Of a stretch of DNA of 64,000 nucleotides, positions 39,635 through 49,724 are shown piece by piece. The stretch is from assembly GCA_963838925.1 (NCBI GenBank), contig CAWISW010000001.1:192001-256000 (forward strand). Direction: 5' to 3'. Source of the DNA: an uncultured Nitrososphaerota archaeon (GTDB lineage: Archaea > Thermoproteota > Nitrososphaeria > Nitrososphaerales > Gagatemarchaeaceae). Position numbers and translations under genes: made by a program. The notes below the pieces were generated by a model. The model was not told the origin of the DNA. It saw nothing but the letters and a program-made list of their open reading frames with translations, and did no database searches. Every line of letters begins with the position of its first letter. Positions within the stretch are counted from its first letter, which is position 1.

Positions 39635-40483
39635 GTGGCGATGACATTGGAAACACAGAAAGATAGGCAAAGCGATGCGATGAGGCCGGCGGTCAACTTG
39701 GAAACCAGCACAAGCGTCTCAACACTCGCCGCAAAGATGAAGGTGAGACAGCTGAAGGCGGGATTTGGCAAGTCCATGGTGCTCAAGGGTATCAGCCTCG
39801 ACGTTCCGGAAAGATCCGTCACGGCTATCATGGGGCCCTCGGGCTGTGGGAAGACCACCTTCATCAGGTGTCTCAACAGGATCCACGAACTCACTCCGGG
39901 AGCGATGGTCGAGGGCGAAGTCCTTCTGGACGGCAACGACATCTACTCGCCAAAGGTCGACGCTGTCGCGGTCCGGCGGAGGATCGGCATGGTGTTCCAA
40001 AAGCCTAACCCGTTTCCAACCATGACCATCTACGACAACGTCGCCGCTGGCCTGAAGCTCAACGGTGTCAAGGACAGGAAGAGGCTGGACGGCGTCGTGG
40101 AGAAGAGCCTGAGGATGGCGTTCCTTTGGGACGAGGTCAAGAACGACCTCAGCAAGTCAGGAGCCGCGCTCTCGGGCGGGCAGCAGCAGAGACTCTGCAT
40201 CGCGAGAGCCATAGCCGTGGAGCCCGAGGTCCTGCTGATGGACGAACCTGCCTCGGCGCTCGACCCCACCGCAACCGCGAAGATAGAGGAGGCAATGGCC
40301 GAGCTCAAGAAGCAGTACACGATAGTAATCGTCACACACAACCTGCAGCAGGCGGCGAGGGTCGCCGATCACACCGCGTTCTTCTACCTCGGGGAGCTGG
40401 TCGAGTTCGGCGAAACAGCACAGCTCTTCGAGAACCCTGCGAAAGAACTGACCGAGCGGTACATCACAGGAAAGTTCGGGTGA
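39635..40483 (+). CDS. pstB: Phosphate ABC transporter ATP-binding protein
   Basis: [33 protein letters not shown]. Confidence 0.96.
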   Translation: MAMTLETQKDRQSDAMRPAVNLETSTSVSTLAAKMKVRQLKAGFGKSMVLKGISLDVPERSVTAIMGPSGCGKTTFIRCLNRIHELTPGAMVEGEVLLDGNDIYSPKVDAVAVRRRIGMVFQKPNPFPTMTIYDNVAAGLKLNGVKDRKRLDGVVEKSLRMAFLWDEVKNDLSKSGAALSGGQQQRLCIARAIAVEPEVLLMDEPASALDPTATAKIEEAMAELKKQYTIVIVTHNLQQAARVADHTAFFYLGELVEFGETAQLFENPAKELTERYITGKFG

Positions 40484-40490
40484 GAGGCGC

Positions 40491-41132
40491 ATGGCACGAC
40501 TAATGGATCTGGGAATGGACAGGCTTCGGAACCTGCTGCTAGAGATGGGGCAGCTCTCGCAACAGACCGTCGTCACCGCGATCGAGGCCTACCACATCGG
40601 GAAGAACCACGAGGACGTCAACAGGTGGTCGAACAAGCTCAGGCAGCTCGACGACCAGGTCAGCGAGCTCTCGATAGAGCTCATAGCCAGGTTCCAGCCT
40701 GTCGCATCCGACCTCCGCTACATCAAGGCCTGCATGGAGATATCGTATGGCTTCTACAGGTACGGGCGATACGCTCACGACATAATGGATGTCCTCGACA
40801 CGTTCGGGGACCTGACCAAGTGCGACCGCGAGGTCGTGGAGAGCGCCGCCGAGAAGACCAAGGAGATGATTGGGATGAGCGTCGAAGCCTTTGCGAATCA
40901 GAACGTGGAGCTCGCGAGGAAGATAATCGAATTGGACGACTACGTAGACGACGCATATCGGAACTACATCAAGAAGCTCATGAAGTCAAAGCAAGTCGAC
41001 CTGCGCTGCGCCCTCTCGCAGACCCTGATCTTGCGCTACCTCGAGAGGATAGCGGACCACGCCGTCTACATAGGCAGGTCGGTGATCTTCATCGTGAGAG
41101 GCGAAGAGCCCGCAATCGAGGAGAAGAGCTAG
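40491..41132 (+). CDS. phoU: Phosphate signalling protein PhoU
   Basis: ARFQPVASDLR, LERIADHA. Confidence 0.92.
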   Translation: MARLMDLGMDRLRNLLLEMGQLSQQTVVTAIEAYHIGKNHEDVNRWSNKLRQLDDQVSELSIELIARFQPVASDLRYIKACMEISYGFYRYGRYAHDIMDVLDTFGDLTKCDREVVESAAEKTKEMIGMSVEAFANQNVELARKIIELDDYVDDAYRNYIKKLMKSKQVDLRCALSQTLILRYLERIADHAVYIGRSVIFIVRGEEPAIEEKS

Positions 41133-41494
41133 CCTCTCCTCGACCTGAATACAAAGAGAGCGACGGCCGCAATCAGCGCGAACTGGAGCACGGCGCCGCC
41201 GGTGAAGATGAGGAAGGCCACGACCTGGCCTGTCTCGGCGAAGGTGTAGTGGGTGGGCTGGGGCAGGGACACCGCTAGCGTTATCACGGCCAGGACCACC
41301 GCGAGGTACGGCGCCCACCTGGCCTTTCGCGATATCGCGACCGCGCAGAGGAGCCAGATGACCTCCCCCGCAAGAATCGAGGGGAACAGGAACGAGGGGA
41401 TGCCCGGGGTGCCGTACAGGACGTAGAGGAAGAGCACCCCAAGGACGACCGAGGCGTACACGAGCCACGCTATCGCCCTCTCGAGACTGGCCAC
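41129..41494 (-). CDS. Hypothetical membrane protein (4 TM)
   Basis: Four hydrophobic segments; CTAG stop overlap with phoU; start approximate. Confidence 0.6.
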   Translation of the reverse strand: MASLERAIAWLVYASVVLGVLFLYVLYGTPGIPSFLFPSILAGEVIWLLCAVAISRKARWAPYLAVVLAVITLAVSLPQPTHYTFAETGQVVAFLIFTGGAVLQFALIAAVALFVFRSRRG

Positions 41495-41598
41495 GGAGCA
41501 GCGGGACGAAGGTTCGTATTTCAAGGATGCGCCAGAGCCCGCGCGTGTGGCGTGTCGCAATTCTTTATACCGGGAAACGACCATGCGAATGCACCAGG

Positions 41599-42231
41599 AT
41601 GTCCATCGACCTGAGCTCGTTCGTCGCGTTCGACCTCTCGTCGTTCGGCGCGTCGTTCATCCTGCTCTTCTCGGTCTTCGATGTCATCGGAACGGTGCCT
41701 ATCTTTCTCGCGCTCACCCAGGACTACAAGGAGGTGCGCGCGAGGATTGTCAGGGACTCGGTGATCATCGCCACGATAATCCTCCTGGTGTTCGCGTCCG
41801 TCGGCCCGTTGATCTTTCAGGTGCTCGGGATCACGCTCAACGACTTCAAGATCGCCGGGGGGATAATCCTCTTCATCATCGCGCTCGACAACCTCAGGGG
41901 CAGGATCTCGCAGACCAGGACCATCGCGGCGACCGAGATCGCCGCCTTTCCGCTGGCCACCCCGCTCATGGCCGGGCCCGGGGCCATCTCCACCGTGATG
42001 ATCTATGCGAACCCGCCCTACGGCCTGCTCGAGATCTTCTTGGTCATACTAATGAACTCCCTCGTCACCTACCTGATACTGGAGCGGGCCTCCTGGGTCC
42101 AGAGGGCGCTGGGCACGAACGGGACCCAGGTCTTCACCCGCATCGTGGGCCTCCTCATAGCTGCGATCGGGATCGCGTTCATCAGAGAAGGGGTGGTCGG
42201 AATCGTCCAGGCGAGCGTAGGCGGTGCCTGA
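41599..42231 (+). CDS. MarC family membrane protein
   Basis: FKIAGGIILF, PLATPLMAGPGAI, RIVGLLIAAIG. Confidence 0.92.
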   Translation: MSIDLSSFVAFDLSSFGASFILLFSVFDVIGTVPIFLALTQDYKEVRARIVRDSVIIATIILLVFASVGPLIFQVLGITLNDFKIAGGIILFIIALDNLRGRISQTRTIAATEIAAFPLATPLMAGPGAISTVMIYANPPYGLLEIFLVILMNSLVTYLILERASWVQRALGTNGTQVFTRIVGLLIAAIGIAFIREGVVGIVQASVGGA

Positions 42232-42234
42232 CCT

Positions 42235-42525
42235 ACGGCCAGGGTCAGCTACAAGCTGGTCGTGTCGGGCTCGGTCCAGGGCGTGGCCTTCAGGGCGTCG
42301 ATGAGAGACGAAGCGAACCGCCGCGGCGTGAAGGGTTGGGTAAGGAACAGGGGCGACGGGGCGGTTGAGGCACTAGTCCAAGGAGAGGAGGCGCAGGTCG
42401 AGAGGCTGCTCGAGTGGGCTCGGGTCGGCCCGCCCGGCGCGAAGGTCACCTCTCTCGAGAAGCACAAGCTGGAAGACTACGCGCCGCAGGAGGACTTCCG
42501 CGTCCTCGTCCCGAGATTCGACTGA
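42235..42525 (+). CDS. acyP: Acylphosphatase (start probably ACG 42235; first canonical start GTG 42262)
   Basis: VSGSVQGVAFR, GWVRNRGDGAVE, GPPGAKV. Confidence 0.9.
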   Translation, partial: TARVSYKLVVSGSVQGVAFRASMRDEANRRGVKGWVRNRGDGAVEALVQGEEAQVERLLEWARVGPPGAKVTSLEKHKLEDYAPQEDFRVLVPRFD

Positions 42526-42577
42526 TGTAGGGCGGCCAACCGTTAAATCCCGTTTCAAGGCGGGTGGCGAGCATACC

Positions 42578-43591
42578 TTGAAGACTGTCGCGCTGATCAG
42601 GGGCGACGGCACAGGCCCCGAGCTCGTGGACGCGATGCTCCTCGTCCTGAAGGCCAGCGGGGCCAAGGCGGAGTTCGTGACCTGCGACGCGGGCGCCGAG
42701 TGGTGGGAGAAGCACGGCGGCCCCAGCATGATCCCCGAGGAGACCTGGCGCACCCTCGAGGACGCGGACTGCTGCTTCAAAGGGCCGACGACCACCCTGT
42801 CGGCACCTGGCACACCGAGGAGCGTGGCGGTGAGCATCAGGCAGAGGTTCGACCTCTATGCCAACGTGAGGCCCATCAAGACCTTCCCGAAGCGTGTCGG
42901 CCCGCTCGGTGCGGTCGACTTTCTCATGGTGCGCGAGGGGACGGAGGGGCTCTACTCGGGGATAGAGTACAAGCTGAGCGACGACGTCGCAATCGCGATA
43001 AGGCTGATCACCAGGAACAAGTCGACCAAGGTGACCAAGTTCGCTCTGGAAGAGGCCAAGCGCCGGAGGTGGAAGAAGCTCGTGGTCATCTGCAAGGCCA
43101 ACATCCTCAAGGTCACAGACGGGGTCTTTCTGGAGGCGGCCCGTCGCAACGCGGAGGCATACCCCGGCATCGAGTTAGAGGAGGTCTTCATCGACAACTT
43201 CTCGCAGCAGCTCGTCAAGAACCCGCAGAGGTTCAACAAGAACGTGATAGTCGGGACGAACCTCTTCATGGACATACTCTCGGAGGAGGCGGCCGGGCTC
43301 GTCGGGAGCATCGGGATGATCTACTCCGCGAACTTCGGAGACAGGTACGCGATGTTCGAGCCCGCCCACGGGAGCACGCCCAAGTACGCAGGGAAGGACA
43401 AGGTCAACCCGACGGCGACCATCCTGTCCGCAGCTTGGATGCTCGAGTACATCGGCGAGAAGAGCGCCGGCAGTGCCATCTTCGACTCCACCATGAAGGT
43501 CGTCTCCTCGGGGAAGAGCGCGACCTACGACCTCGGGGGCAAGTCGGGGACCAGGGCGATGGCCAAGGCCATCGCGAGCGGCATCCGCTGA
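42578..43591 (+). CDS. Isocitrate/isopropylmalate dehydrogenase family protein
   Basis: GDGTGPE, DLYANVRP, NLFMDILS, FEPAHGS..KYAG..NP. Confidence 0.92.
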   Translation: MKTVALIRGDGTGPELVDAMLLVLKASGAKAEFVTCDAGAEWWEKHGGPSMIPEETWRTLEDADCCFKGPTTTLSAPGTPRSVAVSIRQRFDLYANVRPIKTFPKRVGPLGAVDFLMVREGTEGLYSGIEYKLSDDVAIAIRLITRNKSTKVTKFALEEAKRRRWKKLVVICKANILKVTDGVFLEAARRNAEAYPGIELEEVFIDNFSQQLVKNPQRFNKNVIVGTNLFMDILSEEAAGLVGSIGMIYSANFGDRYAMFEPAHGSTPKYAGKDKVNPTATILSAAWMLEYIGEKSAGSAIFDSTMKVVSSGKSATYDLGGKSGTRAMAKAIASGIR

Positions 43592-43595
43592 CCCT

Positions 43596-44327
43596 CTAGC
43601 CTCGTCGCAGCTGCCTGACCGTGTCCGGGGGTATCGCCCTGAAGACCCCTATCGCCAGTATGCTCCCGATCACCGTGAAGAAGACCCTCTCCGGCGGATA
43701 GGCGTAGAAGATGATCTTCCAGAGGCCCTGCATCCCCGCGGCAGAGTAGGTCTGGTTGATCCTCACGTACACGTTCTCCGTCATGATGGCGCCGGCCACG
43801 TGCGCGTTCATCGTCGAGAGGAACACGATCGAGGTCAAGATGACGGCCTGCGTCACGATGCTGACGCCCCTCTTCTGCATGAAGGACAGGGCGACGAAGA
43901 CCACGAGCGACAGCGCGTGCATCCAGAGGAAAGGGACAGGGACGCCGTCGACGTTGACGACCGTCGCGGAGAGCGGGTCGAGCATGTAGACAGCGTACAT
44001 CGCGAGCGAGAGCGCGGCGGTGACCTTGACCTGGCCCTTCATCGCGTAGCCCGCCGTGACCGCGGCTATCACGCCCGGGATGAAGTCGAGGCCGTCGAAG
44101 GCCACCGGGTGCCCCAGTGCTATGCCTGCGAACGTCCCGACGAGGACCGCCAGCCCTCCCTCGAAGGGGCCGAGGACCATCCCCGCCAGCGGGCTGAACA
44201 CCTCGGCCATGGTTAGGAAGCTGAGGTTGCCGACCAGCCTGGAGACCGGGATGAGGCTCAGGACCGCGTAGATGGCCGCGAAGATGGCTATGGTCGCGAG
44301 CCTGCGCGTCCCGATCCGGGATTGCAA
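43596..44327 (-). CDS. ECF-type transporter S-component-like membrane protein
   Basis: IAIFAAIYA (AxxxA) first TM; PLAGMVLGPFEG; ER motif near the C-terminus. Confidence 0.6.
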   Translation of the reverse strand: MQSRIGTRRLATIAIFAAIYAVLSLIPVSRLVGNLSFLTMAEVFSPLAGMVLGPFEGGLAVLVGTFAGIALGHPVAFDGLDFIPGVIAAVTAGYAMKGQVKVTAALSLAMYAVYMLDPLSATVVNVDGVPVPFLWMHALSLVVFVALSFMQKRGVSIVTQAVILTSIVFLSTMNAHVAGAIMTENVYVRINQTYSAAGMQGLWKIIFYAYPPERVFFTVIGSILAIGVFRAIPPDTVRQLRRG

Positions 44328-44483
44328 TGGATTGGAGCCAGACCGCCTGAAGGCATCTTAAACGTTTGAGGAGAGGGTTGACGCAAATGCGATAATTTCG
44401 CTGTCCGTGCGCGGACTCGCGGGGCCGATTAGTTTCGCCGAACTCCTAAGGTTTTAAGGCCGCCAGTGGGCCGGGCCGACGGA

Positions 44484-45053
44484 ATGGCTGAGACCGAGGA
44501 CCAGCTCAGGCGGAACGCTGAGCTGAAGCTATGGATGGAGACGAGGATAGGCGAGCTCCAAGAGGAGATCGACAGGCTGAAGGAGGCGCTCTCCGTCATA
44601 GACTTCGTCCTCCGCGCTTCAAGCTTCAAGCCCGCGGCTCAGCTTGCCGCGAGCGCCCCCCGAGCCGCCCCAAGCGTGACCGAGGAGGCCGAGCCAGAAC
44701 CCATCCCTGAGGTACGCGAGCTGCGGAGGGACAAGGGGGGCGAGACGATAGCAGTCGCGGAGGTGACGCGAAAGAGGCTCAAGATCGAGCCCGTGGCGGA
44801 GGTCAACCTGAAGGCTGACACGCCCCCGTTCAAGTCGTTCCTCCTCGGGAAGATCCTCTCCGGGATGAAGTCCGCGGACGAGGACTCGGTCTCGAAGGGC
44901 CGCCTGAAGAAGGGAGACGAGCTGAGCTTCACGCTCGCGGAGAAGGGAGGGAGGATCTCGGCGCTCGTGATCGAGAACTACCGGGAGAAGGAGAGGATGA
45001 ACGAGATACTCAACACGGTGTCCTGGACTTTCTCCAGGATGCTAGAGAAGTAG
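44484..45053 (+). CDS. Hypothetical protein with N-terminal coiled coil
   Basis: Strong codon bias; SSFKPA..TPPFKSF..W TFSRM pattern; TTTTAAG box upstream. Confidence 0.7.
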   Translation: MAETEDQLRRNAELKLWMETRIGELQEEIDRLKEALSVIDFVLRASSFKPAAQLAASAPRAAPSVTEEAEPEPIPEVRELRRDKGGETIAVAEVTRKRLKIEPVAEVNLKADTPPFKSFLLGKILSGMKSADEDSVSKGRLKKGDELSFTLAEKGGRISALVIENYREKERMNEILNTVSWTFSRMLEK

Positions 45054-45069
45054 ACGACCAGCTCGGTCG

Positions 45070-45597
45070 TCAGCACGTGAAGCTCTCTGTGACGCTCTTC
45101 TTGGTGAGCTTTGGCGTCAGCGTGACCTTCACGAAGCAGACCTTGTCGAAGGTGCCGTTCTTGAACTGCAAGAACCCGCTCATGTTGTAGTTCTCTCCGT
45201 TCCTAAGGCTGACCTGGTAGTGCCCAGGGTTCTCGTCGAGGTTGTAGACGGTGCACATGTTCGTCAGGTTCATGACCGGGGGAGCGAGGCAGTCATACGA
45301 GGGCTGCAGACCAGGGTCGGGGCACTGGGTGTAGACCCATTCGTCGCATGCGACGAGGCCTACGATGGCGACCTGACCTCCGTCCGACGAGGTGAAAGTG
45401 CCGCTGACGCTCACGTCGTAGGGGTACGCAACATAGCTGATCGAGGCTACGTACCCTATCACAATCCCAACAACGATCACCACGGCCAGGACCCTCCACC
45501 AGAGCCGGTAGGAGTCCTTCCCGACCTCGATGGTGGGCTCCTGCCCGTAGTCCGACTCCTGGCCGTGGTCAGAGAGTCGCATCCCTGTGAATCTCAA
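45070..45597 (-). CDS. Single-TM protein with Cys-containing extracellular domain, paralogue 1
   Basis: 175 aa, colinear with 45669-46196; conserved Cys and NPGHYQ.SL.NGE.Y. Confidence 0.75.
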   Translation of the reverse strand: MRFTGMRLSDHGQESDYGQEPTIEVGKDSYRLWWRVLAVVIVVGIVIGYVASISYVAYPYDVSVSGTFTSSDGGQVAIVGLVACDEWVYTQCPDPGLQPSYDCLAPPVMNLTNMCTVYNLDENPGHYQVSLRNGENYNMSGFLQFKNGTFDKVCFVKVTLTPKLTKKSVTESFTC

Positions 45598-46151
45598 GAA
45601 GTTGAGCCCGCTCGGCTCCCGCTTGAATAAAACGGTTCTTAGCGATTCCTCAGGACGATGTCAGTCGCCTAGCAGGTGAAGTTCTGTGTGGAAGTGCGGG
45701 CGGTCATCAGGGGGTAGAGCACTATCGTGACCGTGCACACCTTGTCGAAGATCTCCCCGGGGAACACCATGTACCCCTTCATCGTGTAGTCCTCTCCGTT
45801 CTTGAGTGAAATCTGGTAGTGCCCGGGGTTGTCCTCCATGTACACCTCGGTGCAATAGTCGGTCATGTTCATGACCGGGGGCGCTATGCAGGTGTCGACG
45901 GGCTGCTGCCCTGCGTCGGGGCACTGTGTGTAGACCATGTCGCTGCACTCGTAAAAGTCCACGAGCAGAGCCTTTGAGCCGTCCGAACCCGTGAACGTCC
46001 CCTTGACTTCCACGCTGTAGGGGTAGGCCACGTAGCTGATCGAGGCTACGTACCCTATCACAATCCCAACAACGATCACCACGGCCAGGACCCTCCACCA
46101 GAGCCGGTAGGAGTCCTTCCCGACCTCGATGGTGGGCTCCTGCCCGTAGTC
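45434..46151. repeat. 119-bp identical direct repeat (45434-45552 = 46033-46151)
   Basis: Base-by-base identity over the cytoplasmic tail and TM coding region of the two paralogues. Confidence 0.9.
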
Positions 46152-46196
46152 TGTCTCATGATCATAGTCGGAGAGGGCCGACCTTGTGAACCTCAA
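45669..46196 (-). CDS. Single-TM protein with Cys-containing extracellular domain, paralogue 2
   Basis: 175 aa, colinear with 45070-45597. Confidence 0.75.
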   Translation of the reverse strand: MRFTRSALSDYDHETDYGQEPTIEVGKDSYRLWWRVLAVVIVVGIVIGYVASISYVAYPYSVEVKGTFTGSDGSKALLVDFYECSDMVYTQCPDAGQQPVDTCIAPPVMNMTDYCTEVYMEDNPGHYQISLKNGEDYTMKGYMVFPGEIFDKVCTVTIVLYPLMTARTSTQNFTC

Positions 46197-46256
46197 CTGC
46201 CTACGTGGAACGCGCTGTCTGGGCGTTAAAAGCCGTTCTTCGCGCGCCCCCGAACA

Positions 46257-46772
46257 TCACTTTCTCACGGTGATCCCGCGGACCATCTCGAGCCCCTCCA
46301 GCTCGCCGATCACGCTCCCTCCGACCGCCCCCTCGACTATCAGCGTAAGGTTCGCGTCCCTCACCATGTCAGGGTCGTCCGCGAGCGCCTGCCTTACGAC
46401 GATCCCGTGCTTGGCGAGGACGCCCGTCACCTTGGAGATGACCCCCGCGGCCCTCGGGTCGGCCTCGATTATGATCGCAGAACAGCCGATGCTCGAGACG
46501 ACGTGGAGGAGGCTGGCCCCCACCGGGGCCACGCCCGAGAATATCGAGAAGAGGAAGGGGTCCCTCCTGATCTTGGCCGCGGTCTGCTTCACCACCCTCC
46601 TGTCTGTGCCCGCGTCCCTCGCGAGGGCCGAGTAGTCGACCTCGAGCCCGCCCACGAAGAGCCGCTCGTCCTCCGAGACCCTTATCCCGTACTCGAGCAT
46701 CTTCCTGACCACCTTCAGCCTCGAGCCCTGCCTCGCGAACTCCCTCTCGATCGAGGGCCAGAGGCCCTTCAG
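46257..46772 (-). CDS. Archaeal ACT-domain amino-acid-binding regulator (start probably CTG 46772; first canonical start GTG 46712)
   Basis: LWPSIEREF..RLKVVRKMLEYG, DRRVV, GIVVRQALADDP. Confidence 0.75.
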   Translation of the reverse strand: MKGLWPSIEREFARQGSRLKVVRKMLEYGIRVSEDERLFVGGLEVDYSALARDAGTDRRVVKQTAAKIRRDPFLFSIFSGVAPVGASLLHVVSSIGCSAIIIEADPRAAGVISKVTGVLAKHGIVVRQALADDPDMVRDANLTLIVEGAVGGSVIGELEGLEMVRGITVRK

Positions 46773-46826
46773 CTGGTTCCTCCGCGCGGTCGTTTCTCCG
46801 CGTGCACCCCCGTGTGGTCTCTCGGC

Positions 46827-48197
46827 CTAGCTCCCCTGAGGGGGGCTTTGGCCATACGCCTTGGTGACGGAGACGCCGTCCACCAAGACCCACGGGCAGA
46901 GCGTGGGGGTGTCGACCTCCCACCATTGAACCCACTCTCTCTCCTTCGAGAGCAGGCGTATCGAGGAGAACATCCTCTCGAGGCTGTCGCTTATCCTTAT
47001 CCCCTTGATCGGCGCCTCCACCTCCCCCGACTCTACGAGGTAGGTACCGTCCCGGGGAACCGTCGAGAACTCGCCCGTCCGGTAGTTCTTGAAGCGGGTG
47101 TACCAGTTGCTGGTCAGTATCAGGCCGTGCTTCATTTCCGCGACCATCTCGTCGTAGGTCGAGTCTCCCGCGCCGACCTCCAGGTTCCAGGGGCCCGGCT
47201 CTATGAGGCCTGCGTTCCCCGTGCTCTTTGTCTTGAACCTCTTGGCGGTGGACAGGTTGTGCAGGTATCCCCTGAGCACGCCCTCCTCGACGAGCTTCGT
47301 CGACTGGGTGGGCTGGCCCTCGTCGTCGAAGGTCCTAGAGTCGAGGCATCCTCCCCCTCTCCCGAGGTCGGTGAGGTCCAACTCGGCAGAGGCGACCTTC
47401 TTCCCCAGCTTCCCGACCAAGTACGACGTCCCGGCATCGATCGAGAAGGCTGATGCGAACTCGCCGACCAGCCCGAGAAGGTTCGCAGCCACTGTCGGGC
47501 TCATCAGGACCTGGTATGTCTTCTCCTCGCCGGTCAACTGGGTGGCGTTCCTCATCCGCTTCGAGTGCCATCCCGCCCTCGTCCCCGCGATGTCTGGGTG
47601 GAAGTCCTTCACGGAGGCGGCGCACGATAGCCCGTGCCCGCTGGCGTCCCTGTCTGTGAACGCCCTGATGTTGAGCAGGATTTTGGAGCTCGTGTCGCTG
47701 CCCACAGTGCCCGTCGACGACATGATGTGGTGAGTGGTCACCCCGGCCTCGAGGCTCCCCGCCGTCCTCCTCGCTCCCGCCGACTCTGCGGAGTCGATGG
47801 CCTTCTCAGCGAAGCCAGCGATGAGACCCTCGGCGCTCTCGAGCCTCCGGTCGTGGCTGGGCCTCGGGCGGTATGCGCGTCCCTTGGAAGGCAGCGCGAC
47901 GTACCCAGGGTCCTTGGGGATGCTCATCATGCTCTTGTAGAGGAGCCCGATGAAGCGCTCGAGGCTAGCCCTCTCAGGGTTGGAGGAGCTCCCGATGATC
48001 CGCCTCCCGCCCTTCGCGAGATAGACGACCTGGCCGCTCTCGTTGACGTTCTTCGTGACGGTCACAGAGCTGTTCGCGAAGCTCGCCATGCGCTCGTTGG
48101 AGATGACCGTGATCAGAATCGCTTCGTCGGCCCCGACCTTCTTGGCGACGCCGACGCCGAACTCGTTCGAGTCCTCTGGGTCCATCAGCTTGGCCAA
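46827..48197 (-). CDS. TldE/PmbA family protein
   Basis: FDDEGQP, STGNAG, WYTRFKN..GEFST. Confidence 0.9.
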   Translation of the reverse strand: MAKLMDPEDSNEFGVGVAKKVGADEAILITVISNERMASFANSSVTVTKNVNESGQVVYLAKGGRRIIGSSSNPERASLERFIGLLYKSMMSIPKDPGYVALPSKGRAYRPRPSHDRRLESAEGLIAGFAEKAIDSAESAGARRTAGSLEAGVTTHHIMSSTGTVGSDTSSKILLNIRAFTDRDASGHGLSCAASVKDFHPDIAGTRAGWHSKRMRNATQLTGEEKTYQVLMSPTVAANLLGLVGEFASAFSIDAGTSYLVGKLGKKVASAELDLTDLGRGGGCLDSRTFDDEGQPTQSTKLVEEGVLRGYLHNLSTAKRFKTKSTGNAGLIEPGPWNLEVGAGDSTYDEMVAEMKHGLILTSNWYTRFKNYRTGEFSTVPRDGTYLVESGEVEAPIKGIRISDSLERMFSSIRLLSKEREWVQWWEVDTPTLCPWVLVDGVSVTKAYGQSPPQGS

Positions 48198-48201
48198 GGC
48201 T

Positions 48202-49656
48202 CTAACCTCCGCCCACCATCCTTACGCCCGCGAGGAGGGTGTCCGGCCCTCCCGTCCAGACGGGGATGCCCTGCATGGGGTCGCCCTTCCCGCAGTTCGC
48301 CGCCTCGAACTCGAGCCGCTTGCTTCTGCCCCTGACGCTCCCCCAGAGCGCGGGAGTCGTGATCTCCAGTATCGGCGCCTTGACGAGGTTGGTGGTCTCG
48401 CCTTTCTCAATGCGGTAGGCCTCCAGGCCTGTGTACCTCTGGTTCAGGCGCTTGTCGTCGATGTTCCACTCTGTGAACGACTTTAGGTATATCCCGTCCT
48501 TGACCTCCTTGATGAGCTCCTCGGTAGTCGAGTAGTCCCCGGGCTCCACGAAGGTGTTCGACATCCTGATTATCGGCTCGCGGTCGAACCCGGACGACCT
48601 CGAGGCGCCGTTGTTGCTCACCTTGAGGAGGGACGAGGTGGCCCTGTTCTGGAGGAACTCCGATATCTTCCCGTCCACTATCAGGCGCCTCTTCCTCGCC
48701 TCGACGCCCTCGTCGTCGACAGGCGAATAGCCGTTCGAGTGCGCGAGGGTAGGGTCGTCGCTGACGTTAGCCTCGTCGCTCCCTATCCTCGTCCCGAGGC
48801 TGGTCTTCGAAAGGTAGGACTCGCCCGCCTGGGCCCCTTCCCTCCCCAGAATCCTGTCCGCCTCTTGAGGGTGCCCCACCGACTCGTGGGCCGCGATCCC
48901 TGAGAGCTCCGGCGAAAGGACGACGTCCATCATCCCGGTAGGCGCCTTCTCCGCCTTCTCCAGGACCTCCGCCAGGGTCTGCGCCTCGGCCTCGACCAGC
49001 TCGAGGAGCCGAATCCTCTTCACGATCTCCAGGCCGCCCGTCTCGCCCTGCTGGATCATCCTCTGGGCCGCGTCCCCTCCCTTGAGCGCGGTGAGTATCG
49101 CGAAGAAGTTGAAGCGGGGGACCCTGCTCTCGACCTTCCCGCCGTCGCTCGTCACGATGTACTTCTCCTCGACTCCGGCAGACGCGACCATGATCCTGTT
49201 CGGTATCTTCACGCCCTTCGTCCCCGACCCAATGCGCGCCGCCCTGCCGTCCGCGTCCATGAGGAGCGACTTTAGCCAGTTCGGGTCCGCGCCCTCGACC
49301 GGAACCTTCTCGGCCACCCTGACGTTCCTCTTGGCGGGCTTCGAGTCGCCCATCCTGATCGGCTCCTTCACCAGGCGCGAGGACGACCTCGCCATCTTGA
49401 CCGTCCTCTCGGTCATGTCCTTCACCTTCTCCTTGGAGAGGAGGTTGGTCGCGCTGAACCCCATCGCGCCCCCGACGATCACTCGCGCTGCTATTCCGAA
49501 GCTGTCCTCGAGCATCGACGGCTGGGGCTCGCCGTTCTTCAGCATGAAGCCGGTGCCCGTCCCGCCGTGAATCCTCGCTTCGGCGTACTCGGCGCCGAGC
49601 CTCCGAGCCTCTCGGACGCAAAAGTCAGCCAGGTCCTTGTAGTCTCCGCGCAACAA
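48202..49656 (-). CDS. TldD family metalloprotease
   Basis: HESVGHPQEAD, DDEGV, RMSNT, CGKGDPMQ. Confidence 0.93.
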   Translation of the reverse strand: MLRGDYKDLADFCVREARRLGAEYAEARIHGGTGTGFMLKNGEPQPSMLEDSFGIAARVIVGGAMGFSATNLLSKEKVKDMTERTVKMARSSSRLVKEPIRMGDSKPAKRNVRVAEKVPVEGADPNWLKSLLMDADGRAARIGSGTKGVKIPNRIMVASAGVEEKYIVTSDGGKVESRVPRFNFFAILTALKGGDAAQRMIQQGETGGLEIVKRIRLLELVEAEAQTLAEVLEKAEKAPTGMMDVVLSPELSGIAAHESVGHPQEADRILGREGAQAGESYLSKTSLGTRIGSDEANVSDDPTLAHSNGYSPVDDEGVEARKRRLIVDGKISEFLQNRATSSLLKVSNNGASRSSGFDREPIIRMSNTFVEPGDYSTTEELIKEVKDGIYLKSFTEWNIDDKRLNQRYTGLEAYRIEKGETTNLVKAPILEITTPALWGSVRGRSKRLEFEAANCGKGDPMQGIPVWTGGPDTLLAGVRMVGGG

Positions 49657-49724
49657 GATGGTCTCCCCCGCCCCTCTCTCGAGGAAGGGCCGTCGTTCGT
49701 TATTTCTACTTTGCCGTGGTAATG

